A stretch of 64,000 nt of DNA, from contig CAZWNZ010000001.1 in the NCBI GenBank assembly GCA_964635715.1, positions 10,358 to 74,357 of the forward strand. Direction: 5' to 3'. This stretch comes from an uncultured Gammaproteobacteria bacterium (GTDB taxonomy: Bacteria; Patescibacteriota; Microgenomatia; UBA8517). The notes under the pieces were generated by a model. It searched no databases, was not told where the DNA came from, and was given only the letters and a program-made list of their open reading frames with translations. The translations under genes were made by a program, and so were the position numbers. Below are positions 1 to 9,678 of this stretch, in pieces; position 1 is the stretch's first letter, and each line of letters opens with the position of its first letter.

Positions 1-230
1 ATTTCCTTGCCCTCTTTTATTATTTTCTCTGAAAAGAAGTCAAGCTCAGAAATATTCTCACTTTTTTGATAGGTTGGCGAGTTTTCACCCAGTACGATAT
101 CTAAAGCGCCTATTATGTTACTCTTACCAGAATTATTTTTACCGACTATTATGTTTTTTCCTTTTTGAAAATCCAAATCTATATTTCTTATTGATCTAAA
201 ACCTGTTACTTTTAATTTTGAGAGAAACAT
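1..230 (-). CDS. OLD-family/SMC-like ABC ATPase (ATP-dependent endonuclease), N-terminal part, runs off window start
   Basis: Hand translation from ATG at 230: MFLSKLKVTGFRSIRNIDLDFQKGKNIIVGKNNSGKSNIIGALDIVLGE..., with the FRSI motif and Walker A GxNNSGKS. Not in the ORF track. Confidence 0.8.
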   Translation of the reverse strand, partial: MFLSKLKVTGFRSIRNIDLDFQKGKNIIVGKNNSGKSNIIGALDIVLGENSPTYQKSENISELDFFSEKIIKEGKE

Positions 231-718
231 CTTGCTAATAATATTCCTAATTTTGAAAACATCAAATTTTTATTTCGGCTTCTAGTCCAAGCAATAAACT
301 GGGATCAGAAATTGGGACTCGAACAAAAAACTTTTTGGAACCAATTTATTATACCCCCATCTGAATCCGCCTATGAAACTTGCATCCCAATCTCCATTGA
401 AGTCGCCCTTGTTCCAAATAACCCACTCTGGCTTTTTTAGTCTTGTTTTTCCAAAACCCATCTGTATCCGCCCATGAAATTTACTTGTGGTTTTTAACCC
501 ACTAAATTTTTAGATTTGGATTTTTGTGAGTGAATACATTTAAGAAGTCCGAATAGTCCGACCGAGATATGAATCGACGGGAGTTTGAGGACAAAGAATG
601 AATGAACAAAAATACAACCTAATAAATTTTCGTGGGAGTCTTTTCTTTCCATATATTCTTTGGACGAGCAAAGAATATATGATGGGTATTGCAAGAATGG
701 AACAAATTTTTGTTTTGG

Positions 719-1360
719 TTAAAAACCAACAGTTGCTGTTAGCCCCAGGGGGATCTCCTGAGAATCTGATATTACGGCTCGGACGTAGAGCTTTTTCCCG
801 TCACTCAAAACTTTTGTAGTCTTTCCCTTCAATTCCATTCCCAAACTTGTTATTTTGACTTTTGCTTCCTTTTCCTCCTTGAAGCTTTTTATATCCTTCT
901 CCCCAATCTCAACTTCCACATAGTAGGAGGAGGAGTCAATTATTTTGAAAGAGGAACTGGCGGGAGTGATATTTATGCCGGGAACTACATTGCTATCATC
1001 CATCACTACTCCACCTACAGGAGAAAATAGATCACAGGAGTCCACCGCTGCTTTTGCAAGTTCCACACTTTTAACAGCAGCATTTAGCATTGCCTGTTTT
1101 TCCGTTTTCAGATATTTATCTATTGCCTCAGTTGGAGAGGGATTTTTCTGATTAAATATTTCAAAGTCCGCTCTCACCTTTTCAAAATCCGCCAGTTCTC
1201 TATCCAGTGTTGTTTGGGCAACTTTGCGGTCGAGAGAAGCCAGAAGGTTTCCTTTTCTGACTGTGTCACCGGTAAATTTTTTAACGGAAACAATTTTTCC
1301 TGAAGTTGCAAAACGAACATCAACAATACGCGCTTTTACTACTCCTTTAAAAGTAGTCAT
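719..1360 (-). CDS. HlyD/RND-type membrane-fusion (adaptor)-like protein
   Basis: Lipoyl-like halves (SGKIVSVKKFTGDTVRKGNLLASLD ... LFSPVGGVV) around a coiled coil; no clear signal or TM segment. Confidence 0.7.
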   Translation of the reverse strand: MTTFKGVVKARIVDVRFATSGKIVSVKKFTGDTVRKGNLLASLDRKVAQTTLDRELADFEKVRADFEIFNQKNPSPTEAIDKYLKTEKQAMLNAAVKSVELAKAAVDSCDLFSPVGGVVMDDSNVVPGINITPASSSFKIIDSSSYYVEVEIGEKDIKSFKEEKEAKVKITSLGMELKGKTTKVLSDGKKLYVRAVISDSQEIPLGLTATVGF

Positions 1361-1536
1361 ACATTTATATTATCATTTCTTAGAAACTGCGAGAAAACTA
1401 CTAAATCCGTATGGTACAATCGATTTGTGACAGAAGGAATAAGTCCTCGCCACCACAAAATCCTGGGGAAATAATTAAAAATAATTCCCATATCCTCAAT
1501 GTATTAATTTCTATTAAATATACGACTGTATATTTA

Positions 1537-1566
1537 TCTTTAACGATGCATTGATGTATGATAAAA
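1537..1566. repeat. Upstream copy of cassette-1 palindromic direct repeat (putative operator/promoter)
   Basis: TCTTTAACGATGCATTGATGTATGATAAAA; 29/30 identical to 1992-2021; contains TATGAT 6 nt before the ATG at 1569. Confidence 0.9.
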
Positions 1567-1568
1567 GT

Positions 1569-1976
1569 ATGCCACAAGTTTCAAAACGGAGAATAGATCC
1601 AAAAGTTGAGAAAGAACTTCAAAATTCACTGGCCTACATAATTAAAGATTTAAAAACAAAAGATGAGGTTAACGAATTTTTATCGTCAGCTCTTACCGAC
1701 ACTGAAAGAGTGATGGTCGCAAAAAGAGTATTGACCGCATATCTTCTTGAAAATGGAGTTGAAGAAAGCCAAATTGCCCAAACTCTTAAACTAACTAATT
1801 CAACAATAACCCGTTTTAAAATGTGGATCAAATTACATAAAAGTGGCTTTGATCTAGTTTTCAAAAAACTAAAGAAAAAAGGAGTTGAAGACGTTGGGAA
1901 ACAGGTACTTTTAAAAATTCTTAAATACGCTTCGAATGCAGCATTTGGCCGCGTCCCAACACCAAAAATTCCCTAA
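1569..1976 (+). CDS. TrpR/YerC-YecD-like HTH protein (cassette 1)
   Basis: MPQVSKRR...FLSSALTDTERVMVAKRVLTAYLL...ESQIAQTLKLTNSTITR; the L-[TS]-x-x-E-x-x-M-x-x-KR motif followed by an HTH; paralog of 18324 and 49223. Confidence 0.8.
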   Translation: MPQVSKRRIDPKVEKELQNSLAYIIKDLKTKDEVNEFLSSALTDTERVMVAKRVLTAYLLENGVEESQIAQTLKLTNSTITRFKMWIKLHKSGFDLVFKKLKKKGVEDVGKQVLLKILKYASNAAFGRVPTPKIP

Positions 1977-1991
1977 TAGTTAATTTCCACT

Positions 1992-2021
1992 TCTTTAACG
2001 ATGCATTGATGCATGATAAAA
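1992..2021. repeat. Downstream copy of cassette-1 palindromic direct repeat
   Basis: TCTTTAACGATGCATTGATGCATGATAAAA with core ATGCAT-tg-ATGCAT. Confidence 0.9.
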
Positions 2022-2022
2022 A

Positions 2023-2450
2023 TTAAGAGAGATCTTTGAAGCGGCCAACTTCGTAAGGAGGAAAACAAATCTCGTAAGCCACTAAGGGAGTATTGCCCGC
2101 CTGCCATTGCATTGTTTCACCAACCATTACATCGACCTTCAGTTCCACACCTTCTTCTGATTCGTAAATTTTTTCCTGCTCACCTTTTGAAACGATAAGC
2201 CTTCCATTACCTGAAATGTATCCCTCAACAGTTCTGTCTCCTTTTAATACTTTTTGTAATGGAGTTTTATAACCTGGCTGAACTCTAATAATTCCCAAAT
2301 CTTTCGTCTCGTCATCATCAAATTTATAAACATCACACTCTACACCTCTACACCTTCAGAAACATTCATTGTCTCAACGAAGGATACTTTTTGTTTTTGC
2401 CCTTCAAATTCAAACTCTGTTAGATAGATTGAATCACCAACTATTTCCAT
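2023..2450 (-). pseudogene. Cupin-like hypothetical gene frameshifted by an 8-bp tandem duplication
   Basis: ATG at 2450 (MEIVGDSIYLTEFEFEGQKQKVSFVETMNVSEGV). TCTACACC is duplicated at 2339-2354; removing one copy gives an uninterrupted 139-aa ORF joining the 2023..2298 ORF. Confidence 0.75.
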
Positions 2451-2482
2451 AGTTTGTATTTTACCTCAAAACCGAAGTTTTT

Positions 2483-2770
2483 TTACTTTGAAGTTTTGGC
2501 TTTTTTCTCAGAGGTTGATTTTTTAGCCTTGAATTCAGCGTATTTTTGTTTATCTGTCTTCTTTGCATGGAATTTTCCTTTACCACGCATCAAAGGAAGT
2601 CTTTTTAAGAAACTTTTCCTCATCTTCATACCTTCAAAAAGAACTCCAATATGACCCCTGCTTTTTTGTCCTTTTTGTCCACGGCTTGAGGTGTGAGATC
2701 CTTTTCCGGATCCCATTCCACGTCCGAGTCTTTTTTTGCTTTTTGTTACAACTTTCGGTAAATTTGTCAT
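2483..2770 (-). CDS. rplO: 50S ribosomal protein L15 (short, 95 aa)
   Basis: KKRLGRGMGSGKG..SSRGQKGQKSR..FEG; GAAGGAG Shine-Dalgarno before the ATG at 2770. Confidence 0.92.
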   Translation of the reverse strand: MTNLPKVVTKSKKRLGRGMGSGKGSHTSSRGQKGQKSRGHIGVLFEGMKMRKSFLKRLPLMRGKGKFHAKKTDKQKYAEFKAKKSTSEKKAKTSK

Positions 2771-2792
2771 GTTATTTCTCCTTCGATTTCGC

Positions 2793-3284
2793 TCAGGACT
2801 TACGTTTTGTTTCAACTATTCCTGATATTGTTTCGAGTGCTTTTAAGGTTGCGTAAACGTTAGATATTTTATTCTTTGTTCCTAAAATTTTTCCAACTGC
2901 ATCCCTAATTCCGGCAGCTTCCAAAACAACCCTCATCGGTCCCCCTGCAATAATCCCGGATCCGGGAGGTGCTGGTTTCAATAAAATCTTTGCTGCAGAA
3001 AACTTTTCATTCACCGAATAAGGAATCGTTGTCCCCACAAGGGGAACCAAAATCATATTTCTTTTTGCCGCTTCGATAGATTTTCTAATAGCATTCCTTA
3101 CATCTGTAGCTTTGGCAATTCCCACCCCCACTTTTCCTTTTCTGTCGCCAACCACAACAAGAGATGAAAATCTAATTTGATTTCCACCTTTGGTTTTCTT
3201 GGAAATACGGTTTATCTGAACCACTGTTTCCTCAAACTCTTTGGGACCTTGATCGTAATTACTGTTTCTTCTATTAAATGCCAT
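2793..3284 (-). CDS. rpsE: 30S ribosomal protein S5
   Basis: INRISKKTKGGNQIRFSSLVVVGD, PAPPGSGIIAGG. Confidence 0.97.
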   Translation of the reverse strand: MAFNRRNSNYDQGPKEFEETVVQINRISKKTKGGNQIRFSSLVVVGDRKGKVGVGIAKATDVRNAIRKSIEAAKRNMILVPLVGTTIPYSVNEKFSAAKILLKPAPPGSGIIAGGPMRVVLEAAGIRDAVGKILGTKNKISNVYATLKALETISGIVETKRKS

Positions 3285-3307
3285 TTTATTAAATTTTAAT
3301 TCCTAAA

Positions 3308-3667
3308 TTAGAATTCCAATCCTCCTTTTCTTGCTCCTTCAGCAAGGGCTTTTACCCTTCCATGAAATCTAAAACCATTTCTATCAAAAGTGACTTTCTT
3401 TATTTTCTTAACTAATGCTTTTTTTGCCAACTCTTCACCAACTTTTTCTGCAATTTGGGTTTTGGTTTCTTTGGTTTTCCCTTTAATATGAATGTCCGAA
3501 CAGGCAACTAAAGTTTTTGCCGATAAATCATCCACCAACTGCCCATAGATGTGAGCATTTGAACGGAATACAGAAAGCCTCGGACGATCCGATGTGCCAG
3601 TAATTCTAGCACGAACCCTGGTCTTTCTTTGCATATATCTTTTAGCTTTTAATTGTAAATTTTTCAT
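3308..3667 (-). CDS. rplR: 50S ribosomal protein L18
   Basis: RPRLSVFRSNAHIYGQ, FDRNGFRFHGRVKALAEGAR. Confidence 0.97.
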   Translation of the reverse strand: MKNLQLKAKRYMQRKTRVRARITGTSDRPRLSVFRSNAHIYGQLVDDLSAKTLVACSDIHIKGKTKETKTQIAEKVGEELAKKALVKKIKKVTFDRNGFRFHGRVKALAEGARKGGLEF

Positions 3668-3670
3668 AAT

Positions 3671-4225
3671 TTAGGCGGTTCCTCCCGTCTTCGCTGCAGC
3701 GGCTTTACCCGCTTTCCTTCTGATAATTTCGTCTATGTATTTAATTCCTTTTCCTTTATATGGTTCCGGTGGTCTGGCTGCTCTAATGCTTGCAGCCGTC
3801 TGTCCGACAACTTCTCTGTTATATCCTTCGACTGTAACTATATTTTTTTCAACTTTAAAACTGATACCCTCCGGGGCTTTAATTTTTACAGGGTGTGAAT
3901 ACCCGATTGTTAAAGACAATTCTGATCCGACAATCTCAGCTCTGAAACCGGTTCCGACCAATTCCAATTTTTTACTCCACCCCGTCGACACTCCGGTAAC
4001 ATCATTATTAATAAGCGCCCTCGTTGTTCCAAAAAGGGACATTACATATTTACTATTACCTTTAGCACTTACCTGCACTTTTCCGTCAGCCACTTCGACG
4101 CCGATTTCAGGAGCAAAATGACGTTTAATTGTTCCTTTAGGGCCCGTAATGGTAACAGAGTGACCGCTTACTTCTACGGTTACTGCTGCTGGTATTATAA
4201 CTGGTTGTCTTCCGATCTTACTCAT
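3671..4225 (-). CDS. rplF: 50S ribosomal protein L6
   Basis: MSKIGRQPV, RPPEPYKGKGIKY. Confidence 0.97.
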   Translation of the reverse strand: MSKIGRQPVIIPAAVTVEVSGHSVTITGPKGTIKRHFAPEIGVEVADGKVQVSAKGNSKYVMSLFGTTRALINNDVTGVSTGWSKKLELVGTGFRAEIVGSELSLTIGYSHPVKIKAPEGISFKVEKNIVTVEGYNREVVGQTAASIRAARPPEPYKGKGIKYIDEIIRRKAGKAAAAKTGGTA

Positions 4226-4308
4226 TTTTGTTTTATTCTAAATTTGTATGAAAAGCTCCGTTTATTTTACTCATGTTTTTATTTTTTATTTATAGTGAAA
4301 CTGTCAAA

Positions 4309-4689
4309 CTACCAAATTTCCGCTATTACTTCCCCTCCCGTTCTGTCTTTTATTGCCTTCAAAGATGATGTGACTCCTTTGGGAGTTGAAACAAGATAAA
4401 CTGAAGGTCCTCTTTTCTTTTCAAGTTCTTCAGTACCCATGTAAATTCTTAGACCTGGTTTTGAAACAAGTTTAAGATTCATCAATCTTGGACTTTTGTT
4501 TTTGAATGTCAAAGTTACGGTCAAAATTCCTTTTTCGTTTTTAACTGTGTCAACAAACCCCATTTTCTTTAGAGTTTCAGCAATAGCAACAAGTTTCTTG
4601 TTAGATTTAACAGTGACTTCCCTGTTTCCCGCCATTGCAACATTTTTGATTCTTATTAAAAAGTCTCCGATTGAGTAATTAGTATTCAT
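4309..4689 (-). CDS. rpsH: 30S ribosomal protein S8
   Basis: IGDFLIRIKN, SKPGLRIY, STPKGV, GGEVIAEIW. Confidence 0.97.
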   Translation of the reverse strand: MNTNYSIGDFLIRIKNVAMAGNREVTVKSNKKLVAIAETLKKMGFVDTVKNEKGILTVTLTFKNKSPRLMNLKLVSKPGLRIYMGTEELEKKRGPSVYLVSTPKGVTSSLKAIKDRTGGEVIAEIW

Positions 4690-4707
4690 ATTAGTTTTGT
4701 TCTAAAA

Positions 4708-4893
4708 TTACCAGGATGCCTTTCTGACACCCGGAATTTCACCCTTAAGCGCATGTTCTCTAAAACACAGTCTACAGATGCCGAATTTGCGCATATAGCC
4801 ACGGCCCCTACCGCAGATTTTACATCTGTTTCTATATCGTACCTTAAATTTTAGTTTTTTTGTTTCCCGAACCTCTTTTGCTGTTGTACTCAT
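4708..4893 (-). CDS. rpsN: 30S ribosomal protein S14 (zinc-binding type Z)
   Basis: [29 protein letters not shown]. Confidence 0.97.
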   Translation of the reverse strand: MSTTAKEVRETKKLKFKVRYRNRCKICGRGRGYMRKFGICRLCFREHALKGEIPGVRKASW

Positions 4894-5441
4894 TTTTTGT
4901 CCTCCTTGCTAAACTGCATTCCTAAAAGTTCTAATAGTTTTTTTGATTTATCAATATCTTTTGCTGTTGTAACAAACGTTACTTCCATACCATGAGGGCT
5001 CGCACTTTTTGTCGTGTCTATTTCAGGAAAAACGGTATGCTCGGCAAAACCCAGAGTATAGTTTCCCATTTTGTCAAAAGATTTTAAAGATACCCCCCTA
5101 AAATCTCTTAAACGGGGCAAAACGATCGAAAAAAGTCTGTCTAGGAAAGAATACATTCTTTCACCTCTCAAAGTTACGGAAAGCCCTACCGGCATTCCGG
5201 CACGCAAAGAAAAGCTGGCTATTGATACTTTTGCATTTCTAACCGAAGGAAATTGCCCTGTGATTGTAGCTAAATCTTTTTTGAGAGCATCCATGGCTCC
5301 CTGGTTTTTAGACAAATTACCGACTCCCATATTAACAATTACCTTCTCCATTTTTGGAACTGCAAAAGTATTGTTAACACCAAACTCTTTCACAAGAGCC
5401 TCTTTAATTTCTTTGTTATATTTTTCCTGTAATCTATTCAT
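4890..5441 (-). CDS. rplE: 50S ribosomal protein L5
   Basis: [27 protein letters not shown]. Confidence 0.97.
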   Translation of the reverse strand: MNRLQEKYNKEIKEALVKEFGVNNTFAVPKMEKVIVNMGVGNLSKNQGAMDALKKDLATITGQFPSVRNAKVSIASFSLRAGMPVGLSVTLRGERMYSFLDRLFSIVLPRLRDFRGVSLKSFDKMGNYTLGFAEHTVFPEIDTTKSASPHGMEVTFVTTAKDIDKSKKLLELLGMQFSKEDKK

Positions 5442-5468
5442 ATTTTATTAATTCACTGACCTGGCAAT

Positions 5469-5783
5469 TTATTTACTGTCTATTTCTTTTCCGCACTTTT
5501 TACAAAAACGTACTTTTTCTTCTCCTGCAAATTTAAATCCAATTCTGGAAACTTTTTTGCATTTTGGGCAAACCAGCGCAATCTTTCCAAATCCCAAAGC
5601 TCTTGGGATATCATAAATTCCGCCTTTTACATCCCCAAAACCTTTGACATGTTTTTTGTAAAGATTAATTCCAGGAACAATAGCTTTAGAGTCGGTCGGT
5701 AATATTTTTTCAATTTTACCATCCCTTCCTTTATCTTTACCTGCTGTTATTTTTACGTTGTCTCCTACTTTAAATTTAATCAT
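5469..5783 (-). CDS. rplX: 50S ribosomal protein L24
   Basis: KOW motif KVGDNVKITAGKDKGRDG; start moved to MIKFK at 5783. Confidence 0.95.
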   Translation of the reverse strand: MIKFKVGDNVKITAGKDKGRDGKIEKILPTDSKAIVPGINLYKKHVKGFGDVKGGIYDIPRALGFGKIALVCPKCKKVSRIGFKFAGEEKVRFCKKCGKEIDSK

Positions 5784-5911
5784 ATTCTTAATAATTACCA
5801 ATACTACCAATAAGTACCAATTTCAAATTTCCAATTAATTGGGTATTTGTATTTATTTGATTATTGGTGTTCATTGGTATTTTTTTACCACGTCATCGTG
5901 GCAAGCTTTGC

Positions 5912-6277
5912 TTATACTACCTCTCTCGCTAATGACGCTATCTTGTTATATCCGGCTTCTTTGATTTCTCTGGCTATGGGCCCTAAAATCCTTGTCCCCC
6001 TGGGTAGTCCTTGTTTATCAATTACAACCCCTGCATTATCATCAAATCTGATATAGCTTCCGTCTTCTCTTCTGATTTCTTTATGTGTCCTGACTATCAA
6101 AACTTTTACTTTTTCGTGATTAGCCACAACTCCCGCCGGATCGGCATCTTTGACCACACCCAGAACAACATCTCCTACTGTAGCTACCTTACCGACTCTT
6201 CCGGGAATTCCGATAATCATTATCCTTTTTGCCCCGCTATTGTCTGCCGAAACCAACATTGTTCTAAGTTGTACCAT
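5912..6277 (-). CDS. rplN: 50S ribosomal protein L14
   Basis: ADNSGAK, IRFDDNAGV, GTRILGPIARE. Confidence 0.97.
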   Translation of the reverse strand: MVQLRTMLVSADNSGAKRIMIIGIPGRVGKVATVGDVVLGVVKDADPAGVVANHEKVKVLIVRTHKEIRREDGSYIRFDDNAGVVIDKQGLPRGTRILGPIAREIKEAGYNKIASLAREVV

Positions 6278-6296
6278 AAGTTTAGTAATCTAGATT

Positions 6297-6545
6297 CTAA
6301 CTTCTAGCCTTCCCCCTTTCTTTTACTACTTCTGTAATTTTCCACTTCTTTAATTTTGAAACCGGCTTGCAATCACGGAACTTAACCATATCCCCAATTT
6401 TTGTACCAATCTCATCATGAACCTGATATTTAGTCGACCTTGTGAACCTCTTTTTATAAAGAGGGTGAATTTTTACTCTTTCCACTGAAACAGTTGCCGT
6501 TTTGGCTTGCTTCAGTCCTATTACTTTTCCTGTAAATATTTTCAT
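6297..6545 (-). CDS. rpsQ: 30S ribosomal protein S17
   Basis: HPLYKK..KYQVHDE..GDMVKFRDCKPVSKLKKW. Confidence 0.96.
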   Translation of the reverse strand: MKIFTGKVIGLKQAKTATVSVERVKIHPLYKKRFTRSTKYQVHDEIGTKIGDMVKFRDCKPVSKLKKWKITEVVKERGKARS

Positions 6546-6583
6546 ATGTTTAGATGATACTAATTTTAAATCTCATACGAATG

Positions 6584-6859
6584 TCACGAATTATTTTTTT
6601 TGTCAGAATTCGCATCATTCGTGTCGTTTTTATCAGTTTTATTCGCGTCGGTCAATTTCTCAATAATCTCTTTTTCTCGGATCAAGGTTAGTATTTTAGC
6701 AATTTCGGAAGACAAATTCCTCTTCAATTTTAAATTTTTCTCTTTTCCTCCCAAAATTTTCATTTTTGCCTTTTCTTCATCATTCTTTTTGGCAATAACA
6801 ATCTTCCTTAATTCCTTAATATTTTTACCCCTTAATTCGTTATATTCTTTCTTTTTCAT
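6584..6859 (-). CDS. rpmC: 50S ribosomal protein L29 with low-complexity C-terminal extension
   Basis: Between rplP and rpsQ; ELRGKNIKEL..EIAKILTLIREK. Confidence 0.88.
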   Translation of the reverse strand: MKKKEYNELRGKNIKELRKIVIAKKNDEEKAKMKILGGKEKNLKLKRNLSSEIAKILTLIREKEIIEKLTDANKTDKNDTNDANSDKKNNS

Positions 6860-6926
6860 AATGCTTTGGCTTTATATAAAATTCATCTTCATGCAAACTT
6901 GTTTGCATAATTCTTCTGACAGAATT

Positions 6927-7346
6927 TTATATATTACCCTCCTCTCTACTAACCATTTTGACATCAATTGGTAGCTTTGCAGATGCCTTTCTAAAGGCCT
7001 CCTTGATAGCTGACGCTTCAGCACCAGCCACTTCAAATAGAATTAATCCCGGTTTAACTACCGCAACATATGTTGAAATATCTCCTTTGCCTCCACCCAT
7101 TCTTTTTCCCGCAGGTCGGCTGGTTATTGGTTTGTCGGGAAAAACTCTAACCCAGACTCTACCACCTCTTTTAAGATGGTGTGTTATTGTACGCCTTGCA
7201 GCTTCTATTTGTGCAGCCGTCACCCATGCAACCTCCTGAGCTTTCAAACCATAATCTCCAAAGGAAATTGAGTTTCCGCGGGTTGCGGGACCCTTTCTTC
7301 TGCCTCTGAACTCTTTTATATATTTTCTTCTTTTTGGTTGTAACAT
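6927..7346 (-). CDS. rplP: 50S ribosomal protein L16
   Basis: MLQPKRRKY, QIEAARR, RVFPDKPIT..RMGGGKG. Confidence 0.98.
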   Translation of the reverse strand: MLQPKRRKYIKEFRGRRKGPATRGNSISFGDYGLKAQEVAWVTAAQIEAARRTITHHLKRGGRVWVRVFPDKPITSRPAGKRMGGGKGDISTYVAVVKPGLILFEVAGAEASAIKEAFRKASAKLPIDVKMVSREEGNI

Positions 7347-7441
7347 TGTTCAATTTCAAATAAATACCAATTTCAAATTCCAAATTTCCAAAACGAAGTT
7401 TGTTACGTATTGGGAATTTGTATTTATTGGTTTATTGGTAC

Positions 7442-8095
7442 TTATTGTTCTCCTTTCTTGTGTATCCACACCTTAACTCCCACATACCCTCTTTTCAAAA
7501 GGGCCGGAAATTGTGCATAATCTATTTCTTCTCTCAATGTCTGAGACGGAACTGATCCCTGATGAAACTTTTCAACTCGGGAAATTTCTGCTCCATTTAT
7601 ACGTCCTGCCAATACAACTTTTATACCCAATGCCCCTCCTGCCATAACTCTTTCGATTGCCTTCTGAACGGCACGCCTATGAGGAATCCTTCGCTCCATC
7701 TCTCCGGCTATTCTTTCTGCTACTAAACATGCCGAAAGTTCGGGATTTTTAACTTCGTTAATTCTTATATCGATTTTTATATCTTTGATACTTTTACCAC
7801 GGGCTTTACTCATTATTTCCAATATGTATCTTTTAACATCTTCTATACCTGTTCCACCGCGTCCGATAACCACACCGGGTCTACTTACGGTTATAATAAC
7901 AACTATACTTTTTGGCAATCTTTCGATTTCAACAGCCGTAACTCCTGCAAGTTTAAGTCTTTTTGTTAACTCCTGACGAATTTTTATATCTTCAACCAAA
8001 AAGTTCTTAAAGTTTGCAGGGTCAGCAAACCACCTTGATTTCCAGGGAAGGTAGCTACCAATTCTTATACCGGTCGGGTTAACTTTTTGTCCCAT
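7442..8095 (-). CDS. rpsC: 30S ribosomal protein S3
   Basis: MGQKVNPTGIR, RPGVVIGRGG, GRINGAEISR. Confidence 0.98.
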   Translation of the reverse strand: MGQKVNPTGIRIGSYLPWKSRWFADPANFKNFLVEDIKIRQELTKRLKLAGVTAVEIERLPKSIVVIITVSRPGVVIGRGGTGIEDVKRYILEIMSKARGKSIKDIKIDIRINEVKNPELSACLVAERIAGEMERRIPHRRAVQKAIERVMAGGALGIKVVLAGRINGAEISRVEKFHQGSVPSQTLREEIDYAQFPALLKRGYVGVKVWIHKKGEQ

Positions 8096-8613
8096 TATTT
8101 TTTCTCAGAAGAGTCACCTTTGGTTCCCCTTCTGCCTTTCCCTCCTTTTTCAGGAGCTGCAACCGTAGCTTTAACTTCTGTTTTATCATTTGTCATTTGT
8201 TTATTTGCAGATTTGCTTATGTCCGAATCAAGCTTGCTTATTTGCTTATCAGCCTTGCTGTCTCTATTCAGCGTAGTTAATACTACGCGTATGTGTGCCA
8301 TTCTCTTTTTATAAGGATGCCACATTCCTCTGGACACCGGTCTTCCTCTTTTTAAGCGGGGACCTTCTCCTATTTGGATTTCTTTGAATATCAAATCTGT
8401 ATCAGAAACTCCTTGTGCTTTCGCATTTGCAACAGCCGCCTTAATTACTTTTGCTAAATCACCGGCTGCTCTCTTTTGCACAAAAGGCAGTCTTTCCACA
8501 GCATCAATCGGCTTCATTTTTTTGATTAAAGCCACAATCAGTCTAATTTTTCTCGGGCTTTCCAAAAGAAACTTCTGTGTTGCTTTAAACTCTTTTTGAT
8601 TATTGTTTTTCAT
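8095..8613 (-). CDS. rplV: 50S ribosomal protein L22 with C-terminal extension
   Basis: SPRKIRLI, GEGPRLKR, KKRMAHIRVVL. Confidence 0.95.
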   Translation of the reverse strand: MKNNNQKEFKATQKFLLESPRKIRLIVALIKKMKPIDAVERLPFVQKRAAGDLAKVIKAAVANAKAQGVSDTDLIFKEIQIGEGPRLKRGRPVSRGMWHPYKKRMAHIRVVLTTLNRDSKADKQISKLDSDISKSANKQMTNDKTEVKATVAAPEKGGKGRRGTKGDSSEKK

Positions 8614-8623
8614 TTTTTTAACG

Positions 8624-8905
8624 TTAGGTCTTGTCCATGGTACGCTTTACAATTTCTCCATGTCCTCTAAATGTTCTGGTCGGAGCAAATTCACCCAAAC
8701 GATGTCCAACCATATCCTCAGTTACAAAAACATTTATAAAAACGTGTCCGTTATGAACCTGGAAATACTTTCCGACAAATCCCGGTGCAATCTGACATTT
8801 TCTCGACCACGTTTTGATAGGACTCTCTTTAAGTCCCATCCCTTTTTCTACTTTTTTGACTAATATTGGGTCTATGTACGGCCCTTTTTTAGAACTTCTT
8901 GCCAT
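8624..8905 (-). CDS. rpsS: 30S ribosomal protein S19
   Basis: [25 protein letters not shown]. Confidence 0.98.
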   Translation of the reverse strand: MARSSKKGPYIDPILVKKVEKGMGLKESPIKTWSRKCQIAPGFVGKYFQVHNGHVFINVFVTEDMVGHRLGEFAPTRTFRGHGEIVKRTMDKT

Positions 8906-8916
8906 AATTTATATAT

Positions 8917-9669
8917 TTAACCTAAAACAGATCTGCCTCCACGATGTTGAACAATCATTCTATTGGAATATTTTTTCTTTGTACGGGTTTTACCTACTGC
9001 ACGCCTACCGTAAACTGTTTTTTGGTATTTCATTCCAACACTGCTTCGTCCTTCTCCTCCTCCATGCGGGTGGGCATGAGGATTCATTGCAACTCCGCGG
9101 ACACTGGGCCTAACACCCATATGTCTCTTTCGCCCTGCTTTACCAATAATTTTATTCTTTTCATCTTCATTGCCTATTTGGCCTATCTCAGCCATACATT
9201 CAGGGTCGAATCTTCTTATTTCACTCGATGGCAATTTGACTAATACCCATTTTTCTTCTTTTCCAAAGATTACCGCCACACTTCCGGCTCCTTTGACCAT
9301 CTGTCCACCTTTCCCGCTGGTTATCTCAATATTATGGATCGGTGTTCCAACCGGTATAGCTCTTAAAGGCAAGGCATTCCCCGCTTCTGTCGGGGCCACA
9401 TCGGAAGCTAGGATTTTAGACCCGACTTTAACACCAATTGGGCAAATAATGTAGCGCTTATCTCCATCCTCATATGATACAAGAGCTATGTCAGCATTTC
9501 TATTCGGATCGTATTCTATTGACCTTACAACTCCCCAAACATCTTTTTTATTTCTTCGAAAATCCACTTCACGCAAAAATCTTTTTTCGCGTCCACCCTG
9601 ATGCCTGACAGTAACTTTACCTTTAGATCTTCCTGACTTTTTAGCCAATATACTTTTTAGTTTTTTCAT
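8917..9669 (-). CDS. rplB: 50S ribosomal protein L2
   Basis: IEYDPNRNADIAL, RPSVRGVAMNPHAHPHGGGEG. Confidence 0.98.
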   Translation of the reverse strand: MKKLKSILAKKSGRSKGKVTVRHQGGREKRFLREVDFRRNKKDVWGVVRSIEYDPNRNADIALVSYEDGDKRYIICPIGVKVGSKILASDVAPTEAGNALPLRAIPVGTPIHNIEITSGKGGQMVKGAGSVAVIFGKEEKWVLVKLPSSEIRRFDPECMAEIGQIGNEDEKNKIIGKAGRKRHMGVRPSVRGVAMNPHAHPHGGGEGRSSVGMKYQKTVYGRRAVGKTRTKKKYSNRMIVQHRGGRSVLG

Positions 9670-9678
9670 AATTTCAAA

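Noticed and set aside
494-819. ORFs 494-694 and 598-819 as real genes
   Set aside because: No recognisable motifs, overlapping each other and the adaptor gene, weak starts
1515-1536. Extra AT-rich inverted repeats abutting upstream operators (1515-1536, 18278-18287, 49179-49193)
   Set aside because: Real but short and very AT-rich; cannot be distinguished from chance without statistics
1537-2021. Repeat pairs around the TrpR-like genes as CRISPR arrays
   Set aside because: Only two copies each, separated by a whole gene, with a different sequence per locus and no cas genes
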